A stretch of 48,051 nucleotides of DNA, taken from Macrostomum lignano (lineage: Eukaryota). The notes beneath the pieces are model-generated. The model worked only from the letters and a program-made list of their open reading frames with translations. It was not told the DNA's origin and ran no database searches. The DNA lies in assembly GCA_002269645.1 (NCBI GenBank), contig NIVC01003203.1:122379-170429 (forward strand), read 5' to 3'. Below are positions 44,901 to 48,051 of the stretch, piece by piece; the stretch's first letter is position 1, and every line of letters begins with the position of its first letter. The position numbers and the translations under genes are program-made.

Positions 44901-47750
44901 TCACTCTCACAGTCCGAGAGTCAGTCTCAGCCGTCACTCTCCCAGCCCGAGAGTCAGTCTCACCCGTCACTCTCACAGTCCGAGAGTCAGTCTCACCCGT
45001 CACTCTCACAGTCCGAGAGTCAGTCTCACCCGTCACTCTCACAGTCCGAGAGTCAGTCTCACCCGTCACTCTCACAGTCCGAGAGTCAGTCTCACCCGTC
45101 ACTCTCACAGTCCGAGAGTCAGTCTCACCCGTCACTCTCACAGTCCGAGAGTCAGTCTCACCCGTCACTCTCACAGTCCGAGAGTCAGTCTCAGCCGTCA
45201 CTCTCACAGTCCGAGAGTCAGTCTCACCCGTCACTCTCACAGTCCGAGAGTCAGTCTCACCCGTCACTCTCACAGTCCGAGAGTCAGTCTCACCCGTCAC
45301 TCTCACAGTCCGAGAGTCAGTCTCACCCGTCACTCTCACAGTCCGAGAGTCAGTCTCACCCGTCACTCTCACAGTCCGAGAGTCAGTCTCACCCGTCACT
45401 CTCACAGTCCGAGAGTCAGTCTCAGCCGTCACTCTCACAGTCCGAGAGTCAGTCTCAGCCGTCACTCTCCCAGCCCGAGAGTCAGTCTCACCCGTCACTC
45501 TCACAGTCCGAGAGTCAGTCTCAGCCGTCACTCTCCCAGCCCGAGAGTCAGTCTCACCCGTCACTCTCACAGTCCGAGAGTCAGTCTCACCCGTCACTCT
45601 CACAGTCCGAGAGTCAGTCTCACCCATCACTCTCCAAGCCGAGAAGCAGTCTCAGCCGTCACTCTCCCAGCAGCCCGAGAGCCAGTCTCAGCCGTCACTC
45701 TCCGCAGGCAAGCTCATGTACGGCGCCTTCTCTGCAATAACATTCATCGTCCTGCTCAACATGTTGATTGCCATGATGAACTGCAGCTTTGAAGAGATTG
45801 TGGTACGTTTCTAATATTCAGTGCCTGCTACTCAAAGTAGAGCGGCGATAGAAAATAAAAAACAGATTTTTCACATCTGCAGGCCCAGGCAGACACGGAG
45901 TGGAAGTTCGCCCGCGGCAAGCTGTGGATCAGCTACTTTGACGAAGGCGGCACCCTGCGACGCCATTCAACATCATCCCGAGCCCGAAGTCTTTCCTGTA
46001 CGCGATGGCCTGGCTCAAGGATAAGGTCTGCTCCTGCTCTAAGCGGCACCAGCGCAGCAAGTGGCAGAGCATCCGGGTAAGACTGCAAGATTTTATCTAA
46101 GTGAATTTTGCATCATGTTTGCAATTGAGAAGCGGCTTATCTCTCCTGTTGCAGAAAGTGGTGAAGAAAGTAAACGAGAAGGAGGCTCGGTACCAGGTGA
46201 AGAAGCCTGTTTGCTTGTTGATGTCGTCCCACATTAAAACTAAACGGAAATCCTAACCCCAACCCTCAGTCGGTGATGCGCGACCTTATCAAGCGCTACT
46301 TGATGGTCCGTCAGAAGTCGGACGACAAGCAGGGCGTCACAGAGGATGACTTGAACGAGATCAAAGGCGACATATCGGCGTTTCGCTTCGAATTGTTGGA
46401 GATTTTCCGAACCAACGGCATGCGAACGCCCGCCCACATGCAGCAGCGGTCCAGTAAGGGGTCGGGCTGACCGTAGCGCTGGGAAACAAAGTGGCTGGCT
46501 AGATTAAAAGAGAAACGGGAACATAAATCAGTCACGTGCAAAGAAAATAAATCTATCAATAATTTCCTGACTTGATTCCACTAGTACCAAAAAGCCACTT
46601 TAGGAAATGTATCTCAGTCAACATGAAGCTTATAAAGCTCAGGAAACATGTATGTAGCTTAGGGAACATGCAGCTAAAGAAAAATGTAGCTTAAGGAACA
46701 TGCAGCTTAGGAAACATGCAGCTTAAGGAACATGCAGCTTAGGAAACATGCAGCTTAAGGAACATGTAGCTTAAGGAACATGCAGCTTAGGGAACATGCA
46801 GCTTACGGAACATGCAGCTTAGGGAGCATGCAGCTTACGGAACATGCAGCTTAGGGAGCATGCAGCTTAGGGAGCATGCAGCTTAGGGAGCATGTAGTTT
46901 AGGGAGCATGCAGCTTAGGGAACATATTCTATAATTCAAGGAAGCTTAGGGAACATGCAGCTTAAGGAAACGCAGCTTACGGAACGTGCAGCTTAGTGAG
47001 CACTGGCCGAAGTATTTGTGCAGGTGTGCGCTCTCGTGCGGGATGAAGTTACCCAAGTCGGTTGAAAAAAACTCACCATGGCGATTCTCCCCAGCCAAGC
47101 TGCGGCGCCGCGGCAGCAAGCGGTCGATGCAGAGCCGGCGCTACGGCCGATTCCCCGGCGGCGAAGACCAGCAGCAGCAGCAGCAGGAGGGCGGCAGCAT
47201 CGGCCGGTTCGACACCATCAGCGAGGAGGAATCAGACAGTCTCAACGGCAGCGTCAACGGCTGGCCGCTGGCCGGTCGGCAGGCCGGCGCCAGGACGCCG
47301 ACGACTCCGCCGCGACGCCGGCTACCGCCGCTGAGCTCGCAGGACAGCTCGGAGAGCTTCCAGTCCAGCGGGGCCCAGGCCAGCCCGCCGGAGCGGCGAC
47401 CGCGGCAGCAGCAGGCGGAGCTGGCCCTGGATCCGACCCAGCTGCCCGGCTACCAGCGGTCCGGCACCGCCAACTCCGACACCGCCGCCGCCAACGCCGC
47501 CGCGGCCGCGTTCACCAAGAAGACAATCGGCGCCGTCAAGAAGGTGTCATTCAACTGGAACCAGGAGGACGACAACAAGCAGGAGCGGCAGAGATCTGCC
47601 GAAGGTGACGGCGGCTCTGTTTACGTGTACGACGGGTCACCGGAAGCTTCAACACCTCAGCCGCAGCCGCCGCATCAAGCTGCGACAAGAGAGCAGCAGC
47701 AGGCGCCGCCGCAGCGAGCTCGGGGCGAGCGGCGCAGCGATCTGGTCTGA
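29358..47750 (+). CDS. TRPC: TRPC (canonical TRP / TRP-gamma-like) cation channel, about 1075 aa; as given it has a 1-nt deletion at about 45958
   Basis: Exons 29358-29906, 32742-33275, 35107-35464, 39602-39741, 42517-42890, 44416-44516, 45708-45802, 45883-46076, 46155-46196, 46270-46453, 47095-47750. Ankyrin repeats, [20 protein letters not shown]_2 motif, [21 protein letters not shown], pore [33 protein letters not shown] box, [20 protein letters not shown] coiled coil. Orthologue within the TRPC family not determined. Confidence 0.93.
30369..30593 (-). mobile_element. possible Crypton (tyrosine-recombinase transposon)/DUF3504-type N-terminal remnant
   Basis: [25 protein letters not shown]...[12 protein letters not shown] resembles the PKST...F..FL....L..YLR.FY pattern I recall from Crypton-derived proteins; no catalytic domain follows. 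Confidence 0.45.
30996..31084. other. perfect 26-bp inverted repeat with nested inner hairpins
   Basis: TACCGATTTTTTTCGGCAGCAATTGC (30996-31021) and its exact reverse complement (31059-31084); inner TAAGCT/AGCTTA and GCCGC/GCGGC pairs. Confidence 0.9.
31115..31409. mobile_element. truncated inverted copy of the 12.3-kb hAT MITE
   Basis: One TIR (CAGGGGCGTAGCCAGG) plus expanded GGGGGCGCCAGTTTCTTTTA repeats; second TIR missing. Confidence 0.8.
31880..32230. repeat. second copy of the 4.0-4.5 kb dispersed repeat family
   Basis: GCACTGAATTCCCAATATCTCACCTGCTGGAC...GAGCTGCGCTCA is shared with 4103-4183. Confidence 0.7.
32289..32605 (+). mobile_element. SINE family A, copy 3 (TRPC intron 1)
   Basis: GGGGTTGTAGCCTGGTGGTTAGAGCG...GGTTCGATTC head, CORE-like middle, shared tail. 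Confidence 0.85.
32742..33275 (+). CDS. TRPC: TRPC exon 2
   Basis: CTAACCGCAG acceptor; [12 protein letters not shown]...[11 protein letters not shown]; GTTAGT donor; 534 nt. Confidence 0.95.
33286..34994. repeat. perfect (CGTCCCGTTC)n 10-bp satellite, about 171 units, TRPC intron 2
   Basis: No variant units seen by eye; starts 10 nt after the donor. Confidence 0.98.
35107..35464 (+). CDS. TRPC: TRPC exon 3 (pre-S1, S1, S2 start)
   Basis: [24 protein letters not shown]...[12 protein letters not shown]; GTGAGA donor; phase 1. Confidence 0.95.
35437..38150 (+). repeat. 64-bp tandem array, about 42 units, containing a copy of the TRPC exon 3 end plus its 5' splice site
   Basis: Unit GTGAGATGCTCTGTGCCATGCCATCTAGATATGGTGGAATGGACCATTGTGATCTATGTCCTAG; period confirmed from 35465 to 35529. 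Confidence 0.97.
38188..38288 (-). mobile_element. 5'-truncated SINE family A tail
   Basis: Matches only the 3' ~100 nt of the other copies. Confidence 0.75.
39602..39741 (+). CDS. TRPC: TRPC exon 4 (S2-S3)
   Basis: [14 protein letters not shown]...[14 protein letters not shown]; CAG acceptor, GTGAGT donor. Confidence 0.95.
39785..40645. repeat. 16-bp minisatellite (AGCTTAGGGAACATGT), TRPC intron 4
   Basis: Direct reading; same family at 46640-46995. Confidence 0.95.
41548..42440. repeat. 24-bp minisatellite (CCGTCAGCTACAGAAGTAGGGCAA) with higher-order structure, TRPC intron 4
   Basis: Direct reading; recurring short-unit variant CTATAGAAGTTGGGCAACAGAAG. Confidence 0.95.
42517..42890 (+). 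CDS. TRPC: TRPC exon 5 (S4-S5)
   Basis: [25 protein letters not shown]...[19 protein letters not shown]; CAG acceptor, GTGAGT donor; phase 2. Confidence 0.95.
43201..43505. repeat. 16-bp minisatellite (CTAGATGAGGGAGAGA), TRPC intron 5
   Basis: Direct reading. Confidence 0.95.
43755..44153 (+). mobile_element. possible Helitron-like 3' end preceded by degenerate GGGGGAATTGCTAAGATG repeats
   Basis: Hairpin GCCTCCCC-AAC-GGGGGGC (44123-44140), 8 nt, then CTAG|T. Confidence 0.45.
44416..44516 (+). CDS. TRPC: TRPC exon 6 (pore)
   Basis: [19 protein letters not shown]...FTEFIG; CAG acceptor, GTAATG donor. Confidence 0.93.
44701..45707 (+). repeat. 33-bp minisatellite (GTCAGTCTCACCCGTCACTCTCACAGTCCGAGA), about 30 units, ending in the TRPC exon 7 acceptor
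   Basis: The last, degenerate unit ...CCGTCACTCTCCGCAG| is the functional 3' splice site. Confidence 0.95.
45708..45802 (+). CDS. TRPC: TRPC exon 7 (S6)
   Basis: [32 protein letters not shown]; GTACGT donor. Confidence 0.95.
45883..46076 (+). CDS. TRPC: TRPC exon 8 (TRP domain) with apparent 1-nt deletion
   Basis: [25 protein letters not shown] in one frame, then (P)[11 protein letters not shown]... in another. The exon is 194 nt but its neighbours need 195. Confidence 0.92.
46155..46196 (+). CDS. TRPC: TRPC exon 9 ([14 protein letters not shown])
   Basis: TTGCAG acceptor, GTGAGA donor; 42 nt, phase 0-0. Confidence 0.88.
46270..46453 (+). CDS. TRPC: TRPC exon 10 (C-terminal coiled coil)
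   Basis: [10 protein letters not shown]...[24 protein letters not shown]; GTAAGG donor; phase 1. Confidence 0.93.
46640..46995. repeat. 16-bp minisatellite (AGCTTAGGGAACATGC), TRPC intron 10
   Basis: Same family as 39785-40645. Confidence 0.93.
47095..47750 (+). CDS. TRPC: TRPC terminal exon (low-complexity Ser/Gln/Ala tail ending RRSDLV*)
   Basis: ACTCAC...TTCTCCCCAG acceptor at 47094 gives the required phase 1. The other CAG at 47023 gives an early stop in phase 1. Confidence 0.8.
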
Positions 47751-48051
47751 GCTGTCCCCTGGGCCCGAGCTCAACTCGTAAGTTCGCATTCCAAAGAATC
47801 GGATCAAAGTTTCATGCTTGGAGTTTTGCTGGATAAATATGGCAAAATCTAATTGCGTTTTCATTGGTTCACAGCCTTTGTCTATGGTAAAATCTGGCGT
47901 CTCTTCGCAAAATCCTACAGCAATTCGCAAGCAATCAATCTGCCTAGACAATGCGTCAAAAAACACAAGTTACTAAAACAGTTTACAAGTTGACTAATTT
48001 ATCATCTCCTAGATGGTCTGTCACTAGCTAGCTTTTTGTATGCTCGTATTC

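Noticed and set aside
35437-45707. CRISPR-like appearance of the regular arrays
   Set aside because: The arrays are head-to-tail repeats with no unique spacers, in a spliced eukaryotic context with no cas genes.
44656-45792. 324-aa and 365-aa ORFs ([11 protein letters not shown] / [11 protein letters not shown])
   Set aside because: They are translations of the 33-bp intronic array.
47021-47024. Acceptor TTTGTGCAG for the last TRPC exon
   Set aside because: With the phase-1 upstream exon it gives a stop after 7 codons. The acceptor at 47094 keeps the long frame.

Overview
Eukaryotic (animal) genomic DNA, not prokaryotic. Most long ORFs in the supplied track are artefacts of tandem repeats. 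I could hand-assemble four spliced genes with consistent exon phases. (1) The 5' end of a secreted, furin-processed cadherin-like gene (minus, 624-1726, continuing off the left edge). (2) A complete invertebrate-type cytoplasmic intermediate-filament gene with a lamin-tail domain (minus, 12080-17434, 11 exons plus a candidate 12-nt microexon). (3) A complete 193-aa RhoA (minus, 21640-23294). (4) A TRPC-family channel (plus, 29358-47750, 11 exons, about 1075 aa) with a single-base deletion at about 45958. Mobile DNA includes two tRNA-derived SINE families (one CORE-like), hAT-type MITEs with 8-bp TSDs, a 2.6-kb CMC/EnSpm-like element with a 3-bp TSD inserted into a minisatellite, a LINE 3' fragment, a possible Crypton remnant and possible Helitron 3' ends. 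The most striking feature is that most large introns are inflated by their own tandem arrays, and several arrays begin at, end at, or amplify splice sites. The best case is about 42 copies of a 64-bp unit containing the end of a TRPC exon plus its 5' splice site. GC-rich exons, repeat-filled introns and a protostome-type IF suggest a lophotrochozoan such as the flatworm Macrostomum (inference only).
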